Source: an uncultured Nitrososphaeraceae archaeon
GTDB lineage: Archaea; Thermoproteota; Nitrososphaeria; Nitrososphaerales; Nitrososphaeraceae
DNA: 64,000 bases
Direction: 5' to 3'
Assembly: GCA_963765895.1 (NCBI GenBank)
Contig: CAVXZB010000019.1
Location: 256,001 to 320,000, forward strand
In this document: piece by piece, positions 54,532-64,000 of the stretch
Layout of the letters: each line of letters opens with the position of its first letter
How positions within the stretch are numbered: position 1 is the stretch's first letter
Made by a program: the position numbers and the translations under genes
Notes under the pieces: model-generated
What the model was told of the DNA's origin: nothing
Database searches by the model: none
What the model saw: only the letters and a program-made list of their open reading frames with translations

Positions 54532-55203
54532 TTACAGATCATCTTCGTCGTGATCGATTTTGTGATTATTTTGATTGTCGCCGCTAACGTCAAGTCCTGG
54601 AAACCATCTTTTTATTACTTTTTCCCAGTCTATTCTTAGTGACAGATATATCAATAGTCCAAGAATAGCGATACTAGTTACTGTCACTAGGATGAGTATA
54701 ATCGGGTCTATACTCCTAGAAATGACTTTTTCGATAAACGGCCTACCTAAATAAACTGAACCCCAAACAATTATTTCATTTAGGATAAATTTGCCTAGGA
54801 AAGTAGATAAGATAAATTTCCAGGGAGAATATTTTACAAGCCCGAGTGGAATATAGACTAAGTCATCTGGAATAGGAGTCACCGCTGCGATAAAGGCGCC
54901 CAATGACCCATATTTTGCAACCAATCTTTGTAGCGGATAAATGCGTTTCTTGGTTTGTTTACTAAATGCTCCTCTGCCATAATAGCTAGCATAGAAGATT
55001 ATTGATTTTGCCAAAACAGCGCCTAGTGCGCTTGATAATGATATTAGATTGGGATCTAACGCCTTGTTGAGAGCAACAGCAACAAGAACAGGAAAGTAGG
55101 GAATCGGAACAAATACTATAATACTACCAATAAAACTAATTATGAATACACCGAGATATCCCAGATTCTCAAAAACCGCTAAGAACCCGGCCAGGTCAAG
55201 CAA
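54532..55203 (-). CDS. DedA/VTT-domain membrane protein
   Basis: GYLGVF, P.PY, AVTPIPDD...PLG, GK. Confidence 0.82.
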   Translation of the reverse strand: MLDLAGFLAVFENLGYLGVFIISFIGSIIVFVPIPYFPVLVAVALNKALDPNLISLSSALGAVLAKSIIFYASYYGRGAFSKQTKKRIYPLQRLVAKYGSLGAFIAAVTPIPDDLVYIPLGLVKYSPWKFILSTFLGKFILNEIIVWGSVYLGRPFIEKVISRSIDPIILILVTVTSIAILGLLIYLSLRIDWEKVIKRWFPGLDVSGDNQNNHKIDHDEDDL

Positions 55204-55324
55204 ATATTAAACCTCGTTCTGTCCCATATATTTACATTGGATTACACTTTTCAGCAACTAGATCGTGGTAGATCTTAGGCTGAACGGGTTTGAATTGTAA
55301 TTGCAAAGTAGTTAATTAGACTGT

Positions 55325-56779
55325 CTAATATGCCCTTGCAAAAAGTACCCTAATGCTAGGTTTTTGCCGACAGAAAACACACTCAATATTTTCCATGATT
55401 GAATCATCGTCCGCGGGTATGATCCTGATATCTGCTCCTGTCTGTTCCTTAATCTGCGTCTCACAAAAGTCTCTGCCGCACCAGCCTGCGATTATGAATC
55501 CGCCCTTCCCTGAAATTATTTCCTTGAAAGTCTCAAAATCGAAGGCAGGAGTGGTATTAGTCGAAAGAAATTCCTTTGCCTTTGTATAGAGGTCGTTTTG
55601 AATCTGATCCAGCAAGCTATATATTGTTTGAACCAATTCGTTGCGTCCAATAGTTATTTTCTCCCTTGTGTCTCGCCTAGAAATTTCCAGCTTGCTTTTC
55701 TCTATGTCCTTAGGCCCAATATTTATTCTGAGAGGTACGCCCCTTAATTCCCAGTCATTGAACTTCCAACCAGCAGTATATTCATCTCTTTCGTCAACTC
55801 TAGCTCTGATGCTTGCTTTTTCCAGGTCCTTAAGAACATGTTTAGTATGTTCCTTTACGAGACCTTCATCTAACTTCTTATGTATCGGAATTATAATTAC
55901 TTGGATAGGCGCTATTTTAGGGGGTAAGATTAATCCCTTATTATCCCCATGAATCATGGCCACTGCCCCTATCAGACGCCATGATGTACCCCAAGAGGTC
56001 TGCCACGCATATTGTTCCGAGTTATCCCTTCCCAAATATTTTATCTCGAATGGTTTAGAAAAATTTTGACCAAGATGGTGGGATGTTGCCATCTGCAAAG
56101 CTTTTCCGTCGCCCATCAAACTTTCCAATGAGGCAGTCGATACTGCCCCGACAAACTTTTCTTGACTGCTTTTGAGGCCTTGTCTAACAGGAATAGCCAA
56201 ATATTCCTCTATCAATTTTTTGTATAGCCCTAGAATGAGGTTTACTTCTTTCTGGGCATCATCACAGCTCTCATGCACTGTATGCCCTTCCTGCCATAAA
56301 AATTCAGAATTCCTTATTAGCGGCTTCGTTGCCTTTATTTCTGCCCTAAGAGCGCTATTCCAGAAATTGATCTTGAGCGGCAGATCTCTATAGCTAGAAA
56401 TCCACCTTGCAAATGCCCAGTATGCTATCGTTTCAGAAGTTGGCCTAAGGGCAAGGCTTTCGGACAGATTGTTAGTACCAGCTCTTGTTACCCAGAAAAC
56501 TTCTGAATTAAAGCCTTTAAAATGCTCTTCTTCTTTTTTTAGCAATGCCTCTGGTATCATGACTGGTAGGAAGCCGTTCTCATGGCCTGTGTCTTTTAAA
56601 TATTTATCTAAAGTTTCTCTAATTGACTCCCAAATGGAATATCCATATGGTCGTAAAATAAGAGCCCCCTTAGTTGATCCGTAGTCCACTAGCCCACTTT
56701 TGAGGACAAGTTGACCATACCAATCACTAAAGTTTTCTTCTTTTCTTACAGTCAGGCCAATTTCCTTTCCGGAACTCAA
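55325..56779 (-). CDS. proS: Prolyl-tRNA synthetase (archaeal/eukaryotic type)
   Basis: LRPTSET, EFLWQEGHT, TSHHLGQNF, HGDNKGL, C-terminal ARAY. Confidence 0.97.
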   Translation of the reverse strand: MSSGKEIGLTVRKEENFSDWYGQLVLKSGLVDYGSTKGALILRPYGYSIWESIRETLDKYLKDTGHENGFLPVMIPEALLKKEEEHFKGFNSEVFWVTRAGTNNLSESLALRPTSETIAYWAFARWISSYRDLPLKINFWNSALRAEIKATKPLIRNSEFLWQEGHTVHESCDDAQKEVNLILGLYKKLIEEYLAIPVRQGLKSSQEKFVGAVSTASLESLMGDGKALQMATSHHLGQNFSKPFEIKYLGRDNSEQYAWQTSWGTSWRLIGAVAMIHGDNKGLILPPKIAPIQVIIIPIHKKLDEGLVKEHTKHVLKDLEKASIRARVDERDEYTAGWKFNDWELRGVPLRINIGPKDIEKSKLEISRRDTREKITIGRNELVQTIYSLLDQIQNDLYTKAKEFLSTNTTPAFDFETFKEIISGKGGFIIAGWCGRDFCETQIKEQTGADIRIIPADDDSIMENIECVFCRQKPSIRVLFARAY

Positions 56780-56826
56780 TAGTTACGTCGCATGGCATTT
56801 GATTTATGAAGCTTTGCTCGGGTAGA

Positions 56827-57114
56827 TTACAATGGATCTCCTTTACAATAAACTTGCCCCGTTATTCTGCTATGAAAATTCTTACAAACGTAGCATTGTA
56901 TAAATCCAACTTCCTTCTCAAGAACAGGACAGTCTACAGCTTCTAATTTCATCCGTTTCAGCATTTTGGGGCTAACACCTTTCAACTTCAACTTTCCTTT
57001 GTCGTCCATCATCCCAACACTATGTAATTCCGCTTTAGCCTGATCAGTTAGCTTCACTGACTTTTCTACCTGTTTCACTGGAACCACGTATTTTGATTCC
57101 GATGTATCATTCAT
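56827..57114 (-). CDS. Conserved hypothetical protein with Cys cluster
   Basis: VDCPV...FIQCYVC...VYC. Confidence 0.65.
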   Translation of the reverse strand: MNDTSESKYVVPVKQVEKSVKLTDQAKAELHSVGMMDDKGKLKLKGVSPKMLKRMKLEAVDCPVLEKEVGFIQCYVCKNFHSRITGQVYCKGDPL

Positions 57115-57288
57115 TGAGCAAAGAAATACTGTGGTAGTATAATACTTTTGTTAACTACACTCCATTCAGTCGGCTAGTGAAGTTAGCTACCTTAAAAAAT
57201 GGTAAACTATACCAAGATCGTTTTTAACAAATGATTCTTCGACAAGATTAATATATCATAACAGGGGCTTTGCCAATAAGCGCGATAT

Positions 57289-57942
57289 ATGCTGATTATC
57301 TTCGATGTTGAGGGTGTTCTATTAAATGCAGAGTATCTTCCGGTTCTAGCTCAAGTCTTTGGTCAGGAAAAGGAAAAAGAGATTTGGGATATTACTAAGC
57401 AAGGAATACGAGGTGAAATAAATTGGGAGGAAGGTTTACGGAAACGTGTGGCTGCATTACGAGGTGTAGAATTCGAAAAAGCAAAACAAATAGCTGAAAA
57501 CCTTGAGATTATGCCCGGGGCCAAAACATTATGCTTTGCATTAAAGAGAGCAGGTTGGAAATTGATTGCCGTGTCTGGTGGCTTTACGATAATTACTGAT
57601 AGACTGCGGGATGAACTTGGACTAGATTGGATATTTTCCAACGAACTCTTGTTCAAAAATGGGAAGCTAGATGACGTACGCCTTACCGTGACATCAGATA
57701 AGGCGATCGCAGTAATCCCTATGATCAAAGAAATGAAGTATTCCAAAGAGGATATAGTTGTAGTAGTCGATGGGGCAAACGATTTAAAGCTCTTTGATCT
57801 ATCTGGTTACACTGTTGGATTCTGTCCTGTCGACAAGGTAAAAGAAAAGGCTGACGCCGTCATAGAGGTTAGGGATTTATCAATTTTGTTGCACCTATTG
57901 GAGAAAAAATTTGGCGAGGCTGTTTTAGTGGCCAAGTCTTAA
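57289..57942 (+). CDS. serB: Phosphoserine phosphatase (HAD)
   Basis: FDVEG, VSGGF, DGAND. Confidence 0.88.
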   Translation: MLIIFDVEGVLLNAEYLPVLAQVFGQEKEKEIWDITKQGIRGEINWEEGLRKRVAALRGVEFEKAKQIAENLEIMPGAKTLCFALKRAGWKLIAVSGGFTIITDRLRDELGLDWIFSNELLFKNGKLDDVRLTVTSDKAIAVIPMIKEMKYSKEDIVVVVDGANDLKLFDLSGYTVGFCPVDKVKEKADAVIEVRDLSILLHLLEKKFGEAVLVAKS

Positions 57943-57980
57943 TTAAATAAAAAATTATATTATTAAATTGGGTTACATGC

Positions 57981-58757
57981 TTGGTTGCAACAATAGAACT
58001 AATCCCAATTAGAGTCGAGACAGATGTTTGCGCGGGTGAGGATCTGTGTGAACTAATTATGCGGACAATAGAAGGAATTGGAGAATGCATTGAAGACGGC
58101 GACATTCTAGTTATTGCTCACAAGATAGTATCAAAATCTGAAAATAAGTTTGTAAACTTGAAAGATATTGAGCCATCGGAAGAGTCAAAGGAACTGGCAA
58201 ATATAAGCTGTAAAGATCCCAGACTGATCGAGCTTATTCGAAGAGAATCCAATGCTATTGTCAGACACTCTGGAGGAATTATAATAGTTGAGACGAAATT
58301 AGGGTTTATCTGCGCAAATGCAGGAATAGATCAGAGCAATGTTAGTGTCGGAGACATTGCTCTATTGCTACCAGAGAATCCTGATAAGTCAGCTGCCTCG
58401 CTAAGGAATTATATAAGGAATAAGTGTGGAAAAGAAATTGCAGTCGTCATAAGCGACACTTTTGGAAGGCCATTCAGAGAGGGTCAGACTAATGTAGCCA
58501 TTGGGTTAGCTGGAATTGAGCCAATAGAAAGTTACATAGGAAAGTCTGACATATTCGGCAAGAAGTTGAAAGTAACCGAAATAGCCGTAGCAGATGAAAT
58601 TGCTTCAGCAGCCGAATTAGCTATGGGAAAGACGAGCAGGATTCCCGCAGTCATATTAAGAGGATATTCCTTTACAAAGTCGAATACTTCTAGTGCTTTA
58701 AGCTTGATCAGAAATAAAAAAATGGACCTTTTTAGAGATTGGGACGAAAAATCGTGA
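57981..58757 (+). CDS. cofE: Coenzyme F420-0:L-glutamate ligase
   Basis: KIVSKSE, ANAGIDQSN, DTFGRPFREG, ADEIA. Confidence 0.93.
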   Translation: MVATIELIPIRVETDVCAGEDLCELIMRTIEGIGECIEDGDILVIAHKIVSKSENKFVNLKDIEPSEESKELANISCKDPRLIELIRRESNAIVRHSGGIIIVETKLGFICANAGIDQSNVSVGDIALLLPENPDKSAASLRNYIRNKCGKEIAVVISDTFGRPFREGQTNVAIGLAGIEPIESYIGKSDIFGKKLKVTEIAVADEIASAAELAMGKTSRIPAVILRGYSFTKSNTSSALSLIRNKKMDLFRDWDEKS

Positions 58758-58820
58758 TACAAGTGTTAAGTTTCTAAACCTTTAATATATTGAAATTGCT
58801 ATTAATTTTGCTAAACTAAA

Positions 58821-59069
58821 ATGAACAATGCTAATGATGACCTTACAGATAAAGTTATTGACGTGCGGGGTCTCTTCTGTCCAGAACCTGTATTCAGAAC
58901 TAAGATGGAGATGGAAAGATTGCATATCGGAGATAGAATAAAAATAGTCGCAGATGATCCGGCCTCCGAAGAAGATATTTCTAGATGGGTGAACAGAAAC
59001 GGACATGAATTGCTGTCGGTAAGAAAGGCAGACAACGATTTAGAATTTATCATAAAAAAGGCTAAGTAG
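58821..59069 (+). CDS. tusA: TusA/SirA-family sulfur carrier
   Basis: DVRGLFCPEP, ADDP. Confidence 0.9.
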   Translation: MNNANDDLTDKVIDVRGLFCPEPVFRTKMEMERLHIGDRIKIVADDPASEEDISRWVNRNGHELLSVRKADNDLEFIIKKAK

Positions 59070-59072
59070 ATT

Positions 59073-60083
59073 ATGACTTCCCTGACCAGTTCAAATCTGA
59101 TCGAACGAATCGGCAATACACCGGTTATTGAATTAAAATCATTTTCGACTAGGAATTTAAAATTTTATGCGAAGCTAGAATGGTATAATCCGTATGGTTC
59201 CGTGAAAGACCGAGCTGCTTATTGGATGATCAAACACGCAGAGAATGACGGCCTTTTGAGAAAAGGCAAGAGCATTATTATTGAACCGTCTTCGGGAAAT
59301 ACTGGAATTGCACTGACCGGTATTGCCAGCGCATTAGGATATAAAGTTGAGATAGTAATACCCGATAAGGTTAGTACTGAAACCAAGGATATTTTGAGAA
59401 GGTTAGGTGCCACTATACATGAAACTTCTGATGATCTGTGTCCGAGGGTGGGAGCTGGAACAGATCAGAGTATTGCCCTGGCGAAAGCGATATCTAAACC
59501 AAGACCAGACATCTACTACATGCCTAATCAATATGAGAATGAAGCCAACTTCATGGCACATTATGAAAGCACTGGTCCTGAAATTTGGAAACAGATGGAC
59601 GGACGCTTGACTCATTTCTTCACTGGATGTGGAACCGGGGGGACCATTACGGGAACAGCAACCTACCTGAAGGAACAAAATAGGAATGTTAAAGTCATTG
59701 CAGTGCAAGCCCAGAAAAATCATTTACTCCAAGGACTCAGAAATTTCGAAGAATCTGCTATGCCAGATCTTTTTATACGTCGACAACAAGTTGTTGATGC
59801 TTGGTTTACTGCAACGAATGATGATTCTTTTCGTATGGTAAAAGAATTGGCATCCCGGGAAAATCTACTCGTTGGACCGTCTTCAGGAGCAGTTATGGCA
59901 TCGATGCTAAATGTAGCGGATAAATTCGATAGTGGAATAATGATCGGCATATTCGCTGATGACGGAAGAAAATTTAAAAGTTTCTATGCTGAGCAGGGTA
60001 TATTTAATCTTACAGAATATGAGCGCCTGTTGCACGCTAACACGTATCTTCCTGAGACGGCCTGCCCTTATTCACGTAACTAG
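59073..60083 (+). CDS. PLP-dependent cysteine synthase family protein
   Basis: IGNTP, KLE..NPYGSVKDR, SSGNTG, GTGGT, GPSSG. Confidence 0.9.
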   Translation: MTSLTSSNLIERIGNTPVIELKSFSTRNLKFYAKLEWYNPYGSVKDRAAYWMIKHAENDGLLRKGKSIIIEPSSGNTGIALTGIASALGYKVEIVIPDKVSTETKDILRRLGATIHETSDDLCPRVGAGTDQSIALAKAISKPRPDIYYMPNQYENEANFMAHYESTGPEIWKQMDGRLTHFFTGCGTGGTITGTATYLKEQNRNVKVIAVQAQKNHLLQGLRNFEESAMPDLFIRRQQVVDAWFTATNDDSFRMVKELASRENLLVGPSSGAVMASMLNVADKFDSGIMIGIFADDGRKFKSFYAEQGIFNLTEYERLLHANTYLPETACPYSRN

Positions 60084-61082
60084 CTTTTTCTCTGTGAGCA
60101 AATTCATCCTTGCTAGATGCTTCTTTTCTGTCAACCATTTTTCGATGTCTAGAGCAGCCATACAGCCGAAGCCTCCAGCAGTTATTGCCTGTCGATATCT
60201 GAAGTCGTGGACATCTCCAGCCGCAAAGACACCCTTTACACTTGTAAGTGTGTGATCCTTCAAAATTATGTAGCCTTTGTCATCTAAATCTAGCTGTCCT
60301 CTGAAAATTTCAGTATTGGGTTCGTGTCCAATAGCCACAAATAAACCTCCCGCAGGTATAGTTTGTTCCCTGCCGGTTATCGTGTCCCTAGCTACGATAC
60401 TTTTAATTTTTTTATCTCCAGATATATCCGCTATCACATGATTCCAGAGAAAATCAATTTTCGGATTTTCGAAAGCCTTCTCCTGAAGAATTTTACTCGC
60501 ACGCAGCGACTGTTTTCTATGCACAATTTTAACAGACTTGCCAAACTTCGTCAAAAATGTTGCCTCTTCTATTGCAGTATCGCCACCTCCAACTACCACT
60601 ATATCTTCTCCTTTGAAGAATGGTCCATCACATGTTGCACAATATGATACTCCCCTTCCTGCAAACTGCTGTTCAGCCTCGATACCCAGCTTTCTGGGAG
60701 AAGCTCCGGTGCAAGCCAGAATTGCTTCACCTCGAAGCAATTGAGAATTAGTCTCTATCTTAAAGGGATTATTTTTAAAATCCACTTTGGTGACTTCATC
60801 ATCCAGAAAGACTGCTCCAAATCTTTCAGCTTGTTGTCGCATGTTCATCATGAGTTCAGGACCAAATATGCCGTTTGGAAATCCTGGGTAATTTTCAACC
60901 TCGCTGGTAGTCATTAATTGGCCGCCAGGAAGTGATCCAGAAATCACCAGCGTGCTGAGCTTTGCACGAGAGGTGTATATTGCAGCGGTGTAACCTGCGG
61001 GGCCTGAGCCGATTATTATAACATCATAAATCTTCACTGGCTCTGTATCGCTGTCTTCATGTACATCATTAGCTCCAGACAT
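60072..61082 (-). CDS. trxB: Thioredoxin reductase
   Basis: GSGPAG, CATCDG, GGGDTA, FAAGD. Confidence 0.96.
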   Translation of the reverse strand: MSGANDVHEDSDTEPVKIYDVIIIGSGPAGYTAAIYTSRAKLSTLVISGSLPGGQLMTTSEVENYPGFPNGIFGPELMMNMRQQAERFGAVFLDDEVTKVDFKNNPFKIETNSQLLRGEAILACTGASPRKLGIEAEQQFAGRGVSYCATCDGPFFKGEDIVVVGGGDTAIEEATFLTKFGKSVKIVHRKQSLRASKILQEKAFENPKIDFLWNHVIADISGDKKIKSIVARDTITGREQTIPAGGLFVAIGHEPNTEIFRGQLDLDDKGYIILKDHTLTSVKGVFAAGDVHDFRYRQAITAGGFGCMAALDIEKWLTEKKHLARMNLLTEKKLVT

Positions 61083-61344
61083 AACGTTATGAAGAGTAAG
61101 GATCCATCAACCTGTTATTAATTCGTTCGGAATTAGTTAATCTGAGATTTACATATCTGTATACAACAAATCGTGTGCTGTTACCGCGCCCAGCTCGAGC
61201 ACATACTAATCAACTTTTAAATCATATGATTCAGTGATATATCATAATCTATATTAATTATTTGATATCTACGTATCTCGTTTCTTTAATTTATTAGACT
61301 AATACAAGAGCTAGACTACTTATAGGAAAAAACAGAAGCTGGAA

Positions 61345-62169
61345 TTATAGGTCTGACGGACTGACCTCTAATTCTGGCTTCGCACTAATATCTCGAAGTT
61401 TCTCTACTGCTATCTGAGCGGCCTTCCTACCAGATAGAAGCATGGAGCCGAATGTTGGCCCCATACGTGCCAGTCCGTGGGTCTCGGTTACAGACATGCC
61501 TGATATAATTAGGCCTGGAAATACCTCTCCAGTCCGTTCTACTACCAGATCCTCGCCACCATTTACCCACATTGGCTCCATACCTTTCCATTTTATGTAT
61601 CCGCGATCCATCAAACGCTTAACTGCAACAGAGTCATGACCGGATGCATCAATTACGATTTTGCTTTCCAGAGCTATCGGATCAACACAAGTAACGTTTC
61701 TGGGTAACGCAGAGACGGGCATCCAATTTATGACAACTCCGGATACCCGTCCATTTTTCAAGACCAAGTCATCAAACTTTGATAATTGCAAAAATCTGAC
61801 GCCTGCATCGCATGCAGCCGCAATAAGCTTTGAACATGCATGAGGACCCCATGTTGCATACAACCCTTCATTCACCTTCCTGTACGGAACGCCAAGTTCA
61901 TCCCAAATCTTTTGAGCAGGAGCGCGTACGGTAACAGGGTTCATCATATAACCTCCTACCCAATAACCCCCGCCTAGATAATTATTCTGCTCAATTATTA
62001 GAGTTTTTACCCCGAGTCTAGCCAGCTCCATGCCGGCTGTAAGACCCGATGGCCCCGCACCGATGATGATTACATCTGAATCAGCATAATCTGCCATCGT
62101 TTCACCAAACATTGCGACAATAGTCCTGGTGATGTCCTTCTCCCCAACCTCACTAAATATTTTTGTCAT
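61345..62169 (-). CDS. thi4: Thiazole synthase Thi4
   Basis: GAGPSG, GGG.W.GG, CVDP, DASGHD, RMGPTFGSM. Confidence 0.93.
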   Translation of the reverse strand: MTKIFSEVGEKDITRTIVAMFGETMADYADSDVIIIGAGPSGLTAGMELARLGVKTLIIEQNNYLGGGYWVGGYMMNPVTVRAPAQKIWDELGVPYRKVNEGLYATWGPHACSKLIAAACDAGVRFLQLSKFDDLVLKNGRVSGVVINWMPVSALPRNVTCVDPIALESKIVIDASGHDSVAVKRLMDRGYIKWKGMEPMWVNGGEDLVVERTGEVFPGLIISGMSVTETHGLARMGPTFGSMLLSGRKAAQIAVEKLRDISAKPELEVSPSDL

Positions 62170-62320
62170 ATGAAGAATCAAATAGAAATATTATAAATAC
62201 ATTATTAAATTTACCTTCGGTGGTGATATGAAAATAACTTATACTAAGTTCCCAAGAAAGCTCGCACAAATAGGCCTGATGGGTGCAATTCTTATTAGCT
62301 ACAGCGCTAGCATTCCAACC

Positions 62321-63448
62321 TTAGAGATCCTCTGCGTTTTTAGAAACAGCGCCGTTTCTTACCTTAATATCCATTCTGTTTATCAAATCCAGTAGATTTG
62401 TCTTATGGGAATTCAGGTAATCCTGTCCTTTATCTCTAAGACGTATTAAGAATAGCCTCAGGTCCCGATGTTCGTCAAAGAACTGTTCGACGATTATATT
62501 TCCATGAATCGCAGGATTAATTAACTGCTCAAAGCTCTCCATTGTTTGCTTGATGTCTCCTTTTTCTATCGCTTCCCTTGCTTTCGAGAGAATCATGCTG
62601 ATATCATGCAGCTGCTCTATAGGAGCGAGCATCTGTTGGTTTTTCCTTAAAAATCCGACTTTTTTTGTATAGCCGACCTTTTCTGCTATCTCTTTAGTAA
62701 GTTCATAATATTCTTCTTTTCCTCTGAATGGATAGGTTCTCTCCTTACGAACAACCAATCCCTTTGTAAGAAGTCTATTCATCGCGTCTTGGATTTCCTC
62801 CTTATCCATACTTGTTGTCCACACGATCTTGCCTACGTGATCATGGCCCTGTCGTACAGATTCCAAAACTACAACCTCTATTATACGTCTAAACCCATCT
62901 TCGTTCCTAGCATTCTGTAGGTCTCGATCACTTACTGCTTTTTTGGCATAGGTGATATCAATCTCGATGGAACGTTTTAGCGCCTCTAAACCATCATCAA
63001 CCCTTCCGCTAAGTATCAAGAAGCATGCTTCGTTGTACCAAGACATGGCATCTGTAGGATCGAAATCGATTGCCTTTTCGCATGCCTCAATTGCCTTTTC
63101 ATAATTCTTCATCTTATAGTACGTAAGCCCCTTTAGATTCCATGCCTCTGGGTTAGTGAGATCTATTTCAAGGGCCCTATCATATGATTGAATTGAAGCT
63201 TGGTACTGTTCCCGGTGAAAATGTGCATAACCTTTCTTTATCCACGCGTCCACATAGTTTGGATCTACTCGTAGTGCCAATTCAAAATTTCGAATGGCGT
63301 CTTCTAACTTATCGTTCGCCATCTGGCTCACGCCTCTTTTGTATAGCTCATTTTTTTGAAATTCGGAGTTATTATAAGAAGCACTGTTATCGTGATCAGA
63401 GGGCTGCAAAGTATTTTTAGGCTTCCTGCGAAGGAACGGGCCCATCAA
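62321..63448 (-). CDS. Tetratricopeptide repeat protein with C-terminal putative winged-helix region
   Basis: Repeated AW..KG...A...YD.AL TPR units. Confidence 0.82.
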   Translation of the reverse strand: MMGPFLRRKPKNTLQPSDHDNSASYNNSEFQKNELYKRGVSQMANDKLEDAIRNFELALRVDPNYVDAWIKKGYAHFHREQYQASIQSYDRALEIDLTNPEAWNLKGLTYYKMKNYEKAIEACEKAIDFDPTDAMSWYNEACFLILSGRVDDGLEALKRSIEIDITYAKKAVSDRDLQNARNEDGFRRIIEVVVLESVRQGHDHVGKIVWTTSMDKEEIQDAMNRLLTKGLVVRKERTYPFRGKEEYYELTKEIAEKVGYTKKVGFLRKNQQMLAPIEQLHDISMILSKAREAIEKGDIKQTMESFEQLINPAIHGNIIVEQFFDEHRDLRLFLIRLRDKGQDYLNSHKTNLLDLINRMDIKVRNGAVSKNAEDL

Positions 63449-63550
63449 TATGGCTAATTCACATCGCAGATAAATAGATTTGGGCTAATCTACTGAATCG
63501 AAGATTCCTACTATAGGAAACTCCCACCTCACCAAAGGTCTCTTCGAAAA

Positions 63551-63748
63551 TTGAACACTGCACGGGACTTAATAGACCTGAATTGCAGACTTGATACTAT
63601 TGGAAGAAATGGACTGGAGAATAAAATCCAAAGATACTTGCAAATACTGGAACGTTTGAGAACGGAGCTAGGAATTTTGGGTGAGGAATGGATGTTAAAT
63701 AGATTAATACAGCCGGAACTGAAGAACAGACTAGAATTGTCAGAATGA
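63551..63748 (+). CDS. Small hypothetical protein
   Basis: 65-aa amphipathic helical ORF filling the intergenic gap; no family recognised. Confidence 0.3.
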   Translation: MNTARDLIDLNCRLDTIGRNGLENKIQRYLQILERLRTELGILGEEWMLNRLIQPELKNRLELSE

Positions 63749-63871
63749 TTAACCAGACTGCTGTCATTTTTTCAACCATTAGCCAGATTTTCTTGATTAC
63801 ATATATAAATTTTCTATGATGACTATATTGGATATAGGATTATAAATGACTGAAGTAGAACCCTGCCCTAC

Positions 63872-64000
63872 ATGCGACTACTCGAACATGAGGGAAAGGA
63901 CCTGTTTAGGCAGTACGGGATCAAAGGTACCTCGATCCGCATTGGCTAATTCAGTCGACGAAGCGGTCCGATTTGCGACGGAAATTGGCTATCCTCTGAT
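63872..64000 (+). CDS. sucC: Succinyl-CoA synthetase beta subunit-like ATP-grasp protein, 5' part (runs off window; indel present)
   Basis: MRLLEHEGKDLFRQYGI...; later A..IGYP. Confidence 0.75.

Noticed and set aside
797-63420. Numerous antisense ORFs in the track (e.g. 4391..4984, 6650..7282, 38464..38937)
   Set aside because: They lie opposite well-supported housekeeping genes and show no independent motifs.

Overview
This is an archaeal chromosome segment, most consistent with a Nitrososphaeria (Thaumarchaeota) lineage. Supporting traits are the S10-spc ribosomal protein operon lacking rpl2 and ending at rpl6, a Ser-type thaumarchaeosortase, cofE plus an F420-dependent LLM enzyme, and the PINA ATPase. 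Most of the window is housekeeping: ribosomal proteins, proteasome alpha, purine/folate/thiamine genes, proS, serB, trxB, and four tRNAs (three with introns, two at non-canonical positions). Many essential genes are split by single-base indels, which looks like long-read assembly error rather than pseudogenisation. There are two accessory regions. The first is a decayed IS5-family element (about 31.2-32.2 kb). The second is a ~9 kb element integrated at the 3' end of tRNA-Lys(TTT), bounded by a perfect 17-bp direct repeat (43495-43511 and 52534-52550). It carries a truncated tyrosine integrase joined to an M23 peptidase fragment, an origin-like repeat region, a secreted beta-barrel-like protein, and two divergent arrays of signal-peptide proteins. 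About eight of these share a paired Y-x-x-G-[FY]-x-x-G ... [FY]-x-x-G-[YF]-x-x-G-[FY]-C motif. That paralog array is the best candidate here for an undescribed system. A long G-U-rich hairpin at 20.84-20.95 kb is a candidate unannotated ncRNA.
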